A stretch of DNA of 64,000 bases from an uncultured Phycisphaerales bacterium (GTDB lineage: Bacteria; Planctomycetota; Phycisphaerae; Tepidisphaerales; Tepidisphaeraceae). Positions 1 through 9,982 of the stretch are shown one piece after another. The stretch covers positions 128,001-192,000 of the forward strand of contig CAWJPJ010000006.1 of assembly GCA_963844715.1 (NCBI GenBank), written 5' to 3'. The first letter of the stretch is position 1; each line of letters starts with the position of its first letter. The translations under genes and the position numbers were made by a program. The notes below the pieces were generated by a model that ran no database searches, was not told the DNA's origin, and saw only the letters and a list, made by a program, of their open reading frames with translations.

Positions 1-584
1 GGATTCGTCCAAACGCCAGATGGCTTTGAGGACGTAGCCGATCTGGTAGTAGGCCTCGGCGTGATCGGGCTGAATGACCAGCGCCTGCGCGCGGCGGCGA
101 GGGATTCGTGGGGTTCGCCTTTGTCGAAGAGGGCCTCGGCGAGGTGGACGTAATTGGGGACGTATTTGGGAGCGGCGCTGATTCCCTGGCGGTAGGTCGC
201 GGTGGCTTGATCGAGCTTGTGCATCAGGCGCAGGGTGCGGGCGAGATTGTCGTAGGCTTCGCCGATGTCGGGGCGGCGGGCGATCAGTTTTCGGCAGATG
301 TCCATGGCCTCGTCATATCGGCCCTGCGAAGTGAGGATAACGGCGAGATTGCAGATGTGATCGGGGCGATTGGGTTCGAGTGAGATGACGCGGCGGATGG
401 TTTTCTCGGCTTCGTCGTATTGGCCGTTGCCGTGGAGTATGTAGGCGAGGCGGGCGAGGGCTTCGGGTTGGTTTGGCTCCTGGGCGAGAATTTGCCGGAG
501 GAGAGCTTCGGCGTCGGCATATTTCGCGGCGCGGATGAGCTGCTCGGTCGAGTCGAGAGAGGATTTGATCTGATCTGGGGTCAT
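1..584 (-). CDS. TPR repeat protein (runs off the window edge; probable frameshift)
   Basis: ATG at 584 overlaps the stop of the upstream gene (ATGA). Translation MTPDQIKSSLDSTEQLIRAAKYADAEA... continues into TPR-like helices. Confidence 0.7.
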   Translation of the reverse strand, partial: MTPDQIKSSLDSTEQLIRAAKYADAEALLRQILAQEPNQPEALARLAYILHGNGQYDEAEKTIRRVISLEPNRPDHICNLAVILTSQGRYDEAMDICRKLIARRPDIGEAYDNLARTLRLMHKLDQATATYRQGISAAPKYVPNYVHLAEALFDKGEPHESLAAARRRWSFSPITPRPTTRSATSSKPSGVWTN

Positions 585-2872
585 GCGGGAGATTGCAGCC
601 AGGTTCGCCAGACGCTGCGATAGACGGATTCTACATCGCGCGCGAATTGCCGGGCATCGAGGAGGGGGGATTCCCGCATGGATTGGCGAAGGGAGGCGCG
701 GAGCTTGGCCAGAACATTACGGTCGGCAGCGATTTGCCGGGCGATCTCGACGTAGCGCGGGGGGGAATCGGCGATGAGATGGGGGAGATTCATGTTGGTG
801 AGGAGCGAGACGCCGACCCGGCTGACGTGGCGGGAGCCGGCGAGGGTGATGACGGGGACGCCCATCCAGAGGGCCTCGCACGTGGTAGTCGTGCCGTGAT
901 AGGGGAAGGTGTCGAGGGCGACGTCGACGGAGTTGTAAAGCTCGAGGTGATGGGAGAGGTCTGGGGTTTGGCTGTGAAGCTGAAGACGATCGGGCGATAT
1001 GCCGCCGGAGGCGAAAATTTCCAGCAAGCGCTGGCGCGGCGCGGATTCGGTCAGTCCGCTGTGGCTTTTGATGATGAGGCGGCTGTTGGGAACCGCGCGG
1101 AGAATTTGCGACCAGATTTCGATCATCGGGGGCGTAATTTTTCCGAGGGCGTTGAACGAGCCGAAAGTGAAGGGTTGGCCTTGCGCTGAAGGAAGCGGCG
1201 AGACTTCGGGGGCGTCGGGGCTGGGGGAATAAGAGAGGAAGGTTTTGGGGAGGCGGATGAGTGTTTCGGTGTGGTAGCGCTCGGTTTGTCCGACGGGATC
1301 GGCCAGGGCGTCTGTGAAGCGGTAGTCGATGGTTTGGACGCCGGTGGTATCGGGGTAGCCGAGGTAGGTGATCTGGACGGGGGCGGGCTTGTGGGCGAAG
1401 ACGGGGAGTCGGCTGCCGCCGGCGTGGCCGGAAAGATCGATGAGGATGTCGATTTTGTCGGCGCGGATTTGCTCGACGAGCTGGGGCGTGCCGAGGGGGA
1501 GCGTGTCGCGCCAGAGTTTGGCGGCGATGCGGAAACGGGCGGTCATTTCATCGCTATTGGGGGAATCGGAATAGCAGATCGTTTCCACTTGCTGGGGATC
1601 GTGATTCTCGAGCAGATTCAAGAGGAAGAAGCCGACGGAATGCTGGCGAAAATCCGCGGAGACGTAGCCGACGCGCAGGGGGCGGTCCGGGGAGCGATCG
1701 TTTCCGTGCGGTGGGATGTTGCGTGCGGCGCGGCGGGCGTGGCGCGCGTTCCAGACGAGGTGTTCCTGGAAGATCATGTCGGAGTCGATGCCGTGGGGAT
1801 AGTGAAGGGCGGAGATAAAATTGCTGTGAGGCGTGGGATGGTCGGGGCGGAGATGCATGGCCATGTGAAAATTGAACAGGGAGTCGGAAAGCTGGCGCAT
1901 TTCTTTTTGCACGATGGCGAGGTTGTTATACGCCATGAAATATTTGGGATCGGCGCGGATCGCGAGTTGGAAGGCTGTCGCGGCGTCCTGGAGACTGTTG
2001 GCCATTCGGTAGGCGTTGCCGAGGTTGTAGAAGCCGTCGGCGTAGTCGGTGCGCTCGGCGACGGATTTCAGGAAGGCGTGGATGGCGTCGATGGGGCGAT
2101 GGAGGGCGAGGTAGCAATTGCCGAGATTGTTCCAGGCGAGGTGATAATTGGGACGGATCGCCAGAGCGCGGCGGCAGGAGGCAAGGGCGGCATCGAGCTG
2201 GCCGGTTTTGGCCAGGGCGTCGGCGAGATTGGTATGGACCTCGACATAATCGGGGCGCAGGGAGAGGGATTTTTCGTACGCGGGGATGGCATCGAGTAGG
2301 CGGCCGTCCATGTGGAGGGAATTGCCCAGCGCGAACCAGGCGAGGGGATCTTCGGGGCGGCGCTGGGTGACGGTGCGGGAAACTTCGACGGCTTCGGACC
2401 AGCGGGACTTGGCCTGGAGGGCGTTACCGAAAGCGGCCAGGGCATCAGTCCAGTCGGGGCGAAGCGAAATCACTTTTTGGTAGATGGGGAGCGCTTCGTC
2501 GACGCGGTTTTGTTCGTGGAGGGCGCTGGCGAGAATTTGCAGCGCTTCGGGGGCGTCGGGATTGAGCTTTGTCGCGGTCTGCAGTGCGGCGATGGCTTCG
2601 GCGGGTTTGCGGGCGGCGGCGCAGACTACGCCGAGATGATAGTGGCAATCCCAGGATTCGGGCTGCAGTTGTGCGGCGCGGCGGAGAGCGGTTTCCGAGG
2701 CGTCGAGTTTGCCCATTTGATAATCGAGGATGCCTAGCATCTGGAGGGTGTCGGCGTCGTCGGGATTGGACTGGAGAATTTTGCGGTAGAGGGACTCGGC
2801 TTCGTCGAGGGCGCCGGCCTCATGACGGCTGATGGCGAGTTCGAAAAGTTGGTCGGGGGATTGGTCAGACAT
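581..2872 (-). CDS. TPR + SPINDLY/O-GlcNAc transferase-family (GT41) protein
   Basis: C-terminal part of the 1744-aa ORF, from MSDQSPDQLFELAIS. Many TPRs, then LRVGYVSADFRQHSV, PAPVQITYLGYPDTTG and DVALDTFPYHGTTTTCEALWMGVPV motifs. Confidence 0.88.
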   Translation of the reverse strand: MSDQSPDQLFELAISRHEAGALDEAESLYRKILQSNPDDADTLQMLGILDYQMGKLDASETALRRAAQLQPESWDCHYHLGVVCAAARKPAEAIAALQTATKLNPDAPEALQILASALHEQNRVDEALPIYQKVISLRPDWTDALAAFGNALQAKSRWSEAVEVSRTVTQRRPEDPLAWFALGNSLHMDGRLLDAIPAYEKSLSLRPDYVEVHTNLADALAKTGQLDAALASCRRALAIRPNYHLAWNNLGNCYLALHRPIDAIHAFLKSVAERTDYADGFYNLGNAYRMANSLQDAATAFQLAIRADPKYFMAYNNLAIVQKEMRQLSDSLFNFHMAMHLRPDHPTPHSNFISALHYPHGIDSDMIFQEHLVWNARHARRAARNIPPHGNDRSPDRPLRVGYVSADFRQHSVGFFLLNLLENHDPQQVETICYSDSPNSDEMTARFRIAAKLWRDTLPLGTPQLVEQIRADKIDILIDLSGHAGGSRLPVFAHKPAPVQITYLGYPDTTGVQTIDYRFTDALADPVGQTERYHTETLIRLPKTFLSYSPSPDAPEVSPLPSAQGQPFTFGSFNALGKITPPMIEIWSQILRAVPNSRLIIKSHSGLTESAPRQRLLEIFASGGISPDRLQLHSQTPDLSHHLELYNSVDVALDTFPYHGTTTTCEALWMGVPVITLAGSRHVSRVGVSLLTNMNLPHLIADSPPRYVEIARQIAADRNVLAKLRASLRQSMRESPLLDARQFARDVESVYRSVWRTWLQSPA

Positions 2873-4819
2873 TGCGGCACCAGTGGAGCCACATTTGACG
2901 GTAAGCGGATTCGACGTTCCGGGCAAATCGCGGGCCGTCCATAAGGGGGGATTCGCGCATTTTGTGGCGCAACTGAAGCGCAATCGACTTAAAGCGGACA
3001 CATCACGGGATAGATTGACGGCCAATTGCACGAAACGTTGGGGGGTTTCGGCGACCAGTTGATCGGCCAGGCCGAGGTTACTTGATTGACTCAAGCCGGC
3101 GCGGGCGATCGCGGAATTCCCGCATAAACTGACGACGGGAACGCCCATCCAGAGAGAGTCGAAGCTCGTGGTGTGACCGTTGTAGGGGTAGGTATCCAAT
3201 CCGATGTCGATGCGGTGATAGGCGGCCAGATATTCCGCGCGGCTGCATCGAAAGGAATTGCAGGCGATCGCCGATGTCCAAAGCGTCAGCGAGTAGTTTT
3301 TCGCAATCCTTCGACGGGGTGAGGACGAGCAGGCGGGAATTGGGGACCTGCGCAAGACTTGTTTCCACAATTCGCAGGTTGGTGGAGTAATCTTGGAAAA
3401 TTTGTTCAGGCATCCGAAGGTGATGAAGCCGTCTCGGGAAGCGGGCAGGGGTTGAATTTCGGGGCCTTCGTCGAGAGGATCGTAACACCAAAAGGTGTCG
3501 GGCAATCGGAGGGACTTTTCGGAATAGAACTCGTCGCGCCGGCCGGGCGGATCCAGGTATGGGTCAGTGAGGCGATAGTCCATGGCGGGTAGCCCCGTGG
3601 TGGAGGGATATGCGAGCCAGGCGACTTGGACCGGCGCGGGCTTTTGCGCGAAGAGCATGGGGCGGCCACCACTGGTGTGCATTTGCAAATCGACGAGAAT
3701 ATCGATGCCGTCCTGTTCGATTTGATTGGCGAGTTGCTGGTCGGCGACTGGGAGGGATTTTCGCCAGACATCGGCGTAACCGGCGATGCGGCGGGTGATC
3801 TCGTCTTCCTCCGCCAGGTCGGAATAGCAGTGAACTTCGAAGGCTTCTCGATTGTGGTTGGAGAGGAGTGGAATCGTGAAAAAGCAGCAGCTATGACGCC
3901 GGAAATCCGCCGAGACGTAGCCGATTTTCAAGCGGCGGGTGGGACTGCGGGTGTTGCGGAAATGCGTTTTGGGCCGAATGTGAGGCTGGACTATTTTGTC
4001 GTTCCATCGGCGGTGTTCGCGCAGGAGCTTGGCTGGGTCGTCGTCGGGTTGAAAGTGCAGAATGTAAAGATATGTGCTCCAGACGCTGGTCAGGTGCGGA
4101 TGCCGATCGAGGAGCGATCGCAGAGCTGCGGCGGCGGCCTCGTTGCGTCCGGTTAATTGAAGAGTCAGGGCCAACTCGTGGGCGGCTTCGATGTGGTTGG
4201 GAGAGATTCGGAGGGACGCTCGATAGGCATCGATGGCGGGATTGAGAAAACCGCCGAGGCGAAGGGCACGGGCGAGTTGAAAATGGCCGTGGGCGTTCGA
4301 GGGATCGCGGGCGGTAAACTTGCTCAGCCATTCTACGGCTTGGGAATAGTCGCCGGCCGTGATGAGGGCGATGCCGAGGGCGAGCATCGGTTCGGGAAAA
4401 TCGGGGCGCAGGTTGAGGGCGGTGCGGAGGGAATCGATCGCGTCAGCGGTTTGCCCGCGGAGCATGAAGGTGTTGCCGAGTTCAGCGTGGAGTTCAGGGA
4501 TATCGGGAGCGAGGGCGATGGCCCTTTTAAAGGCGTCGATCGCCTCGTCTAATTTATGCGCCTCGCGGAGGACGGCGCCGAGATGGTATTGACCATCCCA
4601 GGCATCGGGCTGCAGGAATGCGGCGCGGCGGAGAGCGGACTCGGCGGCGTCGAGTTTTCCCAGTTGATGGTTGAGGATGCCCAGCATTTGCAGGGTGTCG
4701 GCGTCGTCAGGATTGGACTGGAGAATCTGGCGGCAGAGAGACTCGGCTTCGTCGAGGGCGCCGGCCTCGTGACGGCTGATGGCGAGTTCGAAAAGTTGGT
4801 CCGGGGTTTGGTCAGGCAC
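2865..4819 (-). CDS. TPR + SPINDLY/OGT-family protein (frameshifted near 3' end)
   Basis: GTG start (VPDQTPDQLFELAIS), TPRs, LKIGYVSADFRRHS and DIGLDTYPYNGHTTSFDSLWMGVPV. Ends ...WLHWCRNV* in another frame. Confidence 0.8.
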
Positions 4820-6140
4820 TTCGGCACCAAATCTGCCACATTTTAAGATAGGCTGATTCCATGTGGCGGGCGAATCGATAGCCGTCCATGAGGGGGGAAC
4901 GTTGGAGCATTTGTGTGTGCCGGAGCGGAGTTGGGCGAGGGCGGGGAGGTCGGCGGATATTTTCGTGGCGCGTTCGACGAACTGTTCAGCCGTATTGGCA
5001 ACGAGTTGATCGGCCAGGCCAAGATTCGCGGCGAGGCTCATTCCGGTGCGGGAGACGCCGGTGTTTCCGGCGAGGGTTAGGACGGGGACGCCCATCCAGA
5101 AAGCGTCGAAGCTTTCGGCGGCGCCGTTGAAGGGGAAGGTGTCCAAGGCGATGTCGATTCTGTAATGGGTTTTGAGATCGTCCGGCGCGATTGATCGGGG
5201 ACGAATTGGAGGCGGTCGCCGAAGTTCAGCATTTCGGTCAGGCGAGCTTCGGACGCTTTGCTGGGGGCTCGGACGATGAGGCGAGGTGGGGATTTGGTTG
5301 AGGACTTGGCGCCAGAGGTCGAGCGTTTTTTCGGTGATCTTGGAAAGATCGCTCAGGCAGCCGAAGGTGATTTGGCCGCGTTGAGCAGCGGGGAGGGGCT
5401 GGACGGTGGTTTCGTTGTCGAGTGGGTCGTAGGCCCAGAATGTGTGGGGGAGGCGGACGGAGCATTCGGAGTAAATTTTGTCGCGCGTGCCCAGGGGGTC
5501 GATGTGGACGTCGGTGATGCGGTACCCGATGACGGAGAGGCCGGTGGTTGCGGGGTACGGGAGCCAGGCGAGTTGGAGGGGGGCGGGATTATGGGCGCAG
5601 ACCAGGGGGCGACCGCCGGGGGAATGCACGGCGAGGTTGACGAGAATGTCGATGCCGTCTTCGAAAATCTGGCGGACGAACTGGTCGTCGGTTTTGCCGG
5701 CCATATTGCGCCAGACGTGGGCGACGGAAGCGAAGCGGCGGGTGATTTCATCCTGTTTGTTTGAGTCGGAATAGCAGGTGATGTGAAAAACGTCGCGATT
5801 GTGATTGGAGAACAAGGGGACGAGAAAGCGCGACTGGGGATGGTCGAGGAAATAGGGGGAAACGTAGCCGATCTTGACGACGCGAATGGGGTTTCGGCCA
5901 GCCCAGAATTTTCGACAGGCTTGATACGCGGTTTGACGGCGATCTCTTCGAAGCGGCGGTGCTCACGGAGGATTTCTTCTGGGTCGTCGGAGGAGAGGTT
6001 TAGGACGTGTAGCAGAGCGCTCCAGGCGGTTGCGTCGTCGGGACGAAGATCGACCAGGCGGCGAAGATTGGCAAGGGCTTCGGTGTGGCCGGCAGGGGCG
6101 GCGCTGAGGGTCTGGAGGATTTCCTGGCGCTGGCGGTCAT
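4812..6140 (-). CDS. SPINDLY/OGT-family protein with short N-terminus (several frameshifts)
   Basis: Pieces TAWSALLHVLNLSSDDPEEILREHRRF, PAPLQLAWLPYPATTG and IDIALDTFPFNGAAESFDAFWMGVPV lie in different frames. Confidence 0.7.
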
Positions 6141-7689
6141 GATTTCGTTTCGCCAACGATGGAGGCGAGGGCGGCGGCCATCTTTTGGGCGGGGGCTTGC
6201 CAATCGTCAAAATTCTCTTGCCGGAATAGCCGCATCGTTGGGTACCAGGGTGAATCTTCGCGATCGAGCATCCATCGGCAATCGCTGTGTCTGGGAATGA
6301 GAATCCAGGTCGGACGGGCGAGGGCGGCGGCGAGATGGGGCGTGGAGGTGTCGATGCCGATGACGAGATCGAGTTGCTGCATGAGGGCGGCAGTGTCCGC
6401 GAAATCAGTGAATTCATTGGTGAGGTCGAGGGGCTTCATTCCGTCGGGAGGCGGCTGCTTGGAGGCGGGGCCTTTTTGCAGGCTGACGAAACGGACGCCC
6501 GAGACGGAGGCGAGGGGGGCGAAGATGTCGATGGAGTTGGTGCGGCGGGAGCTTTCGCTGCCGGCCCAGACGAGGCCGACGTTCATCAAACCGTCGGCGG
6601 GGATTTTGCGGACCATTTGGCGACGCGATCGGGCGGAGGCGCGAGATAGGGAACCGACGGGGCGAGATTTTCGGGCGTAATTTTCAGGCGATGAGGGAGG
6701 CTTTCCAGCGGCAGGCAGAGATCAAAACTGGGGAGCGGCGAATTTTGGGCGACGACCTGGGCGGGGGAGAGAGAGTGGCGAAGCAGCTCCACGAGCGGCT
6801 CGGGAGATTCAAGAATGACTTGCAGGCCCATATCGAGAACGCGCGGGATGAAGCGGACGAATTGGAGGACATCGCCCATTCCGCCCCAGCCTTCGTAGAT
6901 GAGGAGCGTTTTGCCGGGGGCCGGGGAGCCGTCCCAGAGGGCTTGTGGGAATCGGGGTTTGCCGGTGAGTTGGCGTTCGTACCAGTCGACCCATTCGAGT
7001 TCCTGCCAGCCTTCGGTCCATCGGCCGAGGGAGAGGAGGAGCATGCCGTATTTGGCGTGGGCCATTTCGAGTTTTCCGTCGATGGCATGGCGATAGGATT
7101 CCAAGGCCTGCTCGGGCTGGCGATTTAGTTCGAGTGCGGTGGCGAGGTTGTAGTGAACGTGGGCATTGTGCGGGGCGATAGCGATGCAGCGGCGGTAGTA
7201 GTCGATGGATTGAGGGAGATCGCCCTGGGAGCGCAGGGCGTTGGCGAACATCAGAAGGGCGTCGGGATAATCGGGCTGGATCGCCAGGGCGCGGCGATGG
7301 GAATCGGCGGCGTCTTTGAATTGGCCGGCGGCATGATACGCGCGGCCGAGTTTGCAGTGGACCTCGGCCAGATCGGGTTTCAGGCGGAGGGCGTGTTGAT
7401 ATTCTTCGATCGCCTGGTCGTGCCGAGCGAGGAGTTCGTAGACGTCAGCCAGGCTGGCGTGGGCGTCGGGGGCATCCGGGTTGAGTTGGGCGGCGCGGAG
7501 GGCGTGCCGGAGACCTTCCTGGGGCTGGCCGGATTGAGCGAGGGCGAGGCCCAGGAGTTGCAGGGCATCGGGGTCGTCGGCGTCGCGGGCGAGGATTTGG
7601 CGGAGGAGCGATTGGGCCTGGGCCAGATCGCCGGCGTATTGGCAGCGCAGGGCGGCTTCGAGGAGGTCTTCGGTGGAGAGTTCGGGCAT
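6137..7689 (-). CDS. TPR + glycosyltransferase family 9-like protein (frameshift ~6650)
   Basis: TPRs, then WDGS, GGMGDVLQFVRF, VGLVWAG, FVSLQKG, DFADTAALMQQLDLVIGIDTS and RWMLDREDSPWYPTMRLFRQ. Confidence 0.85.
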
Positions 7690-7781
7690 GGGACGGGTTG
7701 TTCCTCGCGCTTGGATGATACTTTATACGCGCGCCGGCCCCCACCCAATCGTGCCGAAACTAGCGGAAGGGGCGGGGAGTG

Positions 7782-7809
7782 CTCCCCCGGGGTACCGGAG
7801 GAGGGGGAA
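7782..7809. repeat. REP-like palindromic repeat (partial copy)
   Basis: CTCCCCCGGGGTACCGGAGGAGGGGGAA, similar to the copies at 9939 and 11877. Confidence 0.55.
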
Positions 7810-7842
7810 GAGAAAGCGCGCGGGTTCGTAGGGGAATCGCGA

Positions 7843-9927
7843 TTAGGTCTGGAGCCAAGTTCGCCACATGCGGCGGTAGGCGGCTTCGACGGTGCGGGCG
7901 AATTTTTTGCCGTCTAGCAGGGGCGAGCGGGTCATGCGGTGGCGCAGGTCGGCGCGTAGCTGCCGCAGGCGAGGCAAATCGCCGGCGAGCTGGACGGCGA
8001 GTTCAATATAGTTGTGGGGATCGCGGGCTACTAAATCGGCGAGGCCGACGTTGCTGAGGAGGCTGGCGCCGACACGGCCGGCGTGGCGATTGCCGGAAAG
8101 AGTGACGACGGGGACGCCCATCCAGAGGGATTCGCAGGTGGTGGTGGTTCCGTTATAGGGGAACGTGTCGAGGGCGATGTCGATTTCGTGATAGGTTTTG
8201 AGATGGTCCTGCGGCGAAGGGACGCCTGGGCGCAGAATGATGCGGTCGGAGAGGATCGCGTATTTTGCGAACAGGTCGGTGATGCGGCGGCGCGTGGGGG
8301 GAAATTCCAGGCCGGTGACGCTTTTGATGAGGAGGCGGCTGGCGGGAACTTTTTGCAGGATTCTGGCCCAGGTTTCGATGACGCGCGGGTTGATCTTGGG
8401 GAGATGATTGAGGGAGCCGAAGGTGATGGGATTGGCGGACGACATTGAGACGTCGGGGGAATGTTCCGGCGGGCGATAGGAGAGAAATGTCGGGTATAGG
8501 TGGATCAGCTTCTCCGTGTAGAACTGGCCGGCATCGGCGAGGGGGTCGGCGTGTGAGTCGGTGAAGCGATAGTCCATGGCTTCGAGGCCTGTGGTGTTGG
8601 GATAGCCGAGATAGGTCACTTGAATCGGCGCGGGCTTGTGCGCGAAGACGAGCAGGCGGCTGTTGGCGGTGTGGCCGGCGAGGTCGACGAGGATGTCGAT
8701 TTGATCGTGGCGGATTTGATTGGCGAGGGAGTCGTCGTCGAGGGCGATTGTGTCTTGCCAATGATGCGCGAGGGATTTGAGGTGCTGGGTGACTGCGTCG
8801 GGGTGGAGAGTGTTGGAATAGCAGAAGGTTTCGACGCGATCGGGATTGTGATGGGCGAGGAGGTTCTCGATGAAGTAGCTGACGGAATGGGCGCGGAAAT
8901 CGGGGGAGACGTAGCCGATGCGGAGGGGGCGCGTGGGGGAGAGATCGCGCGGGGGGTTTGGGTTTTCTCCCGCCCCCGGTATTCCGGGGGAGGATTGGGG
9001 AGGGGGCTGAGATATTGATTCATCGGAAGAGCCCCCTCCCGTGCCCTCCCCCGGTTTACCGGGGGAGGGGAAAGAAGGAGAGTGTCTTACGGATTGGGCG
9101 TGGGCTTTGGCCCAGCGGAGATGCTCATCGAAAATTTCGGCGGGGGAGAGATCGTCCTGGAAATGTAGGGCGTAGAGCAGGTTGCTGCCGAAGCGCGGGT
9201 TCCTCGGGTTTTGGGCGACTGATTTTCTGTAGAAGATGATGGCCTGGGGGATGTCCCAGGCGGAATAGAGGGCGTTGGCGAGATTGGCGGCGGCGTCCAC
9301 GTAATTCGGGTCGATCTCCAGGGCGCGGTGGAAATTGGAGATGGCTTCGTCGTAGCGGCCCAGGACATGTTGCACGACGGCCAGATGGGCGAGAGCCGCG
9401 GGGGAATCGGGGCGGAGGGCGAGGTGGGTTTGGCCGGCGGCGAGGGCTTCATCCAAGCGGTCGAGTTCTCGCAAAGTATCGGTCAAGTGCTCCCAGGCTT
9501 CGGGGAGGTCGTGCTCTAATTTGACGGCGGTTTGGAATGCGGCGGCGGCGTCCTGGAGTTTGCCGGAGGTTTGGAGGAGTTTTCCGCGGCCGAGATGGGC
9601 TTCGGCGAAATTGGGCTCCAGGGCGATGGCGGACTCGAAGGCTTGGAGGGCTTCGGCAGATTTTCCGGTTGCGGCGAGGATGACGCCTTGGTGGCAATAG
9701 TAATCGGGAGCGGTGGGGTTGATTTGGATGGCCTTGGTAAGCAGATCGAGGGCGGCGGTGGCGCGGCCGCGGATGAATTCGAGCATGCCTAGCATCTGCA
9801 TGGCATCGGAGTCGGTGGGGTTGGTGTAGAGGATTTGTCTGTAGAGGGATTCGGCTTCGAGGAGGTTTCCCTCCTGGTGGAGTTGGACGGCGCGGTCGAA
9901 GAGGTGCTCGGGGGTTTGGTCGGCCAT
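7843..9927 (-). CDS. TPR + SPINDLY/OGT-family protein with in-frame palindromic insertion
   Basis: Intact ORF with TPRs, LRIGYVSPDFRAHSV and DIALDTFPYNGTTTTCESLWMGVPV. Confidence 0.9.
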   Translation of the reverse strand: MADQTPEHLFDRAVQLHQEGNLLEAESLYRQILYTNPTDSDAMQMLGMLEFIRGRATAALDLLTKAIQINPTAPDYYCHQGVILAATGKSAEALQAFESAIALEPNFAEAHLGRGKLLQTSGKLQDAAAAFQTAVKLEHDLPEAWEHLTDTLRELDRLDEALAAGQTHLALRPDSPAALAHLAVVQHVLGRYDEAISNFHRALEIDPNYVDAAANLANALYSAWDIPQAIIFYRKSVAQNPRNPRFGSNLLYALHFQDDLSPAEIFDEHLRWAKAHAQSVRHSPSFPSPGKPGEGTGGGSSDESISQPPPQSSPGIPGAGENPNPPRDLSPTRPLRIGYVSPDFRAHSVSYFIENLLAHHNPDRVETFCYSNTLHPDAVTQHLKSLAHHWQDTIALDDDSLANQIRHDQIDILVDLAGHTANSRLLVFAHKPAPIQVTYLGYPNTTGLEAMDYRFTDSHADPLADAGQFYTEKLIHLYPTFLSYRPPEHSPDVSMSSANPITFGSLNHLPKINPRVIETWARILQKVPASRLLIKSVTGLEFPPTRRRITDLFAKYAILSDRIILRPGVPSPQDHLKTYHEIDIALDTFPYNGTTTTCESLWMGVPVVTLSGNRHAGRVGASLLSNVGLADLVARDPHNYIELAVQLAGDLPRLRQLRADLRHRMTRSPLLDGKKFARTVEAAYRRMWRTWLQT
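8965..9073. repeat. Inverted doublet of REP-like palindromes inside a CDS
   Basis: 8965-9008 and 9030-9073 are oppositely oriented variants of the CCCCTCACCC..CCCTCTCCCCGG..CCGGGGAGAGGGGAA repeat. Confidence 0.7.
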
Positions 9928-9938
9928 CGGCAAAATTG

Positions 9939-9982
9939 CCCCTCACCCTGGCCCTCTCCCCGGAGTACCGGGGAGAGGGGAA
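9939..9982. repeat. REP-like palindromic repeat
   Basis: CCCCTCACCCTGGCCCTCTCCCCGGAGTACCGGGGAGAGGGGAA, nearly identical to 11877-11920. Confidence 0.85.

Noticed and set aside
581..5815. Single giant 1744-aa triple-glycosyltransferase ORF
   Set aside because: Motifs degrade just before each internal start (4819, 2872), and the natural C-termini with stops lie in other frames. This is an indel-caused fusion of three genes.
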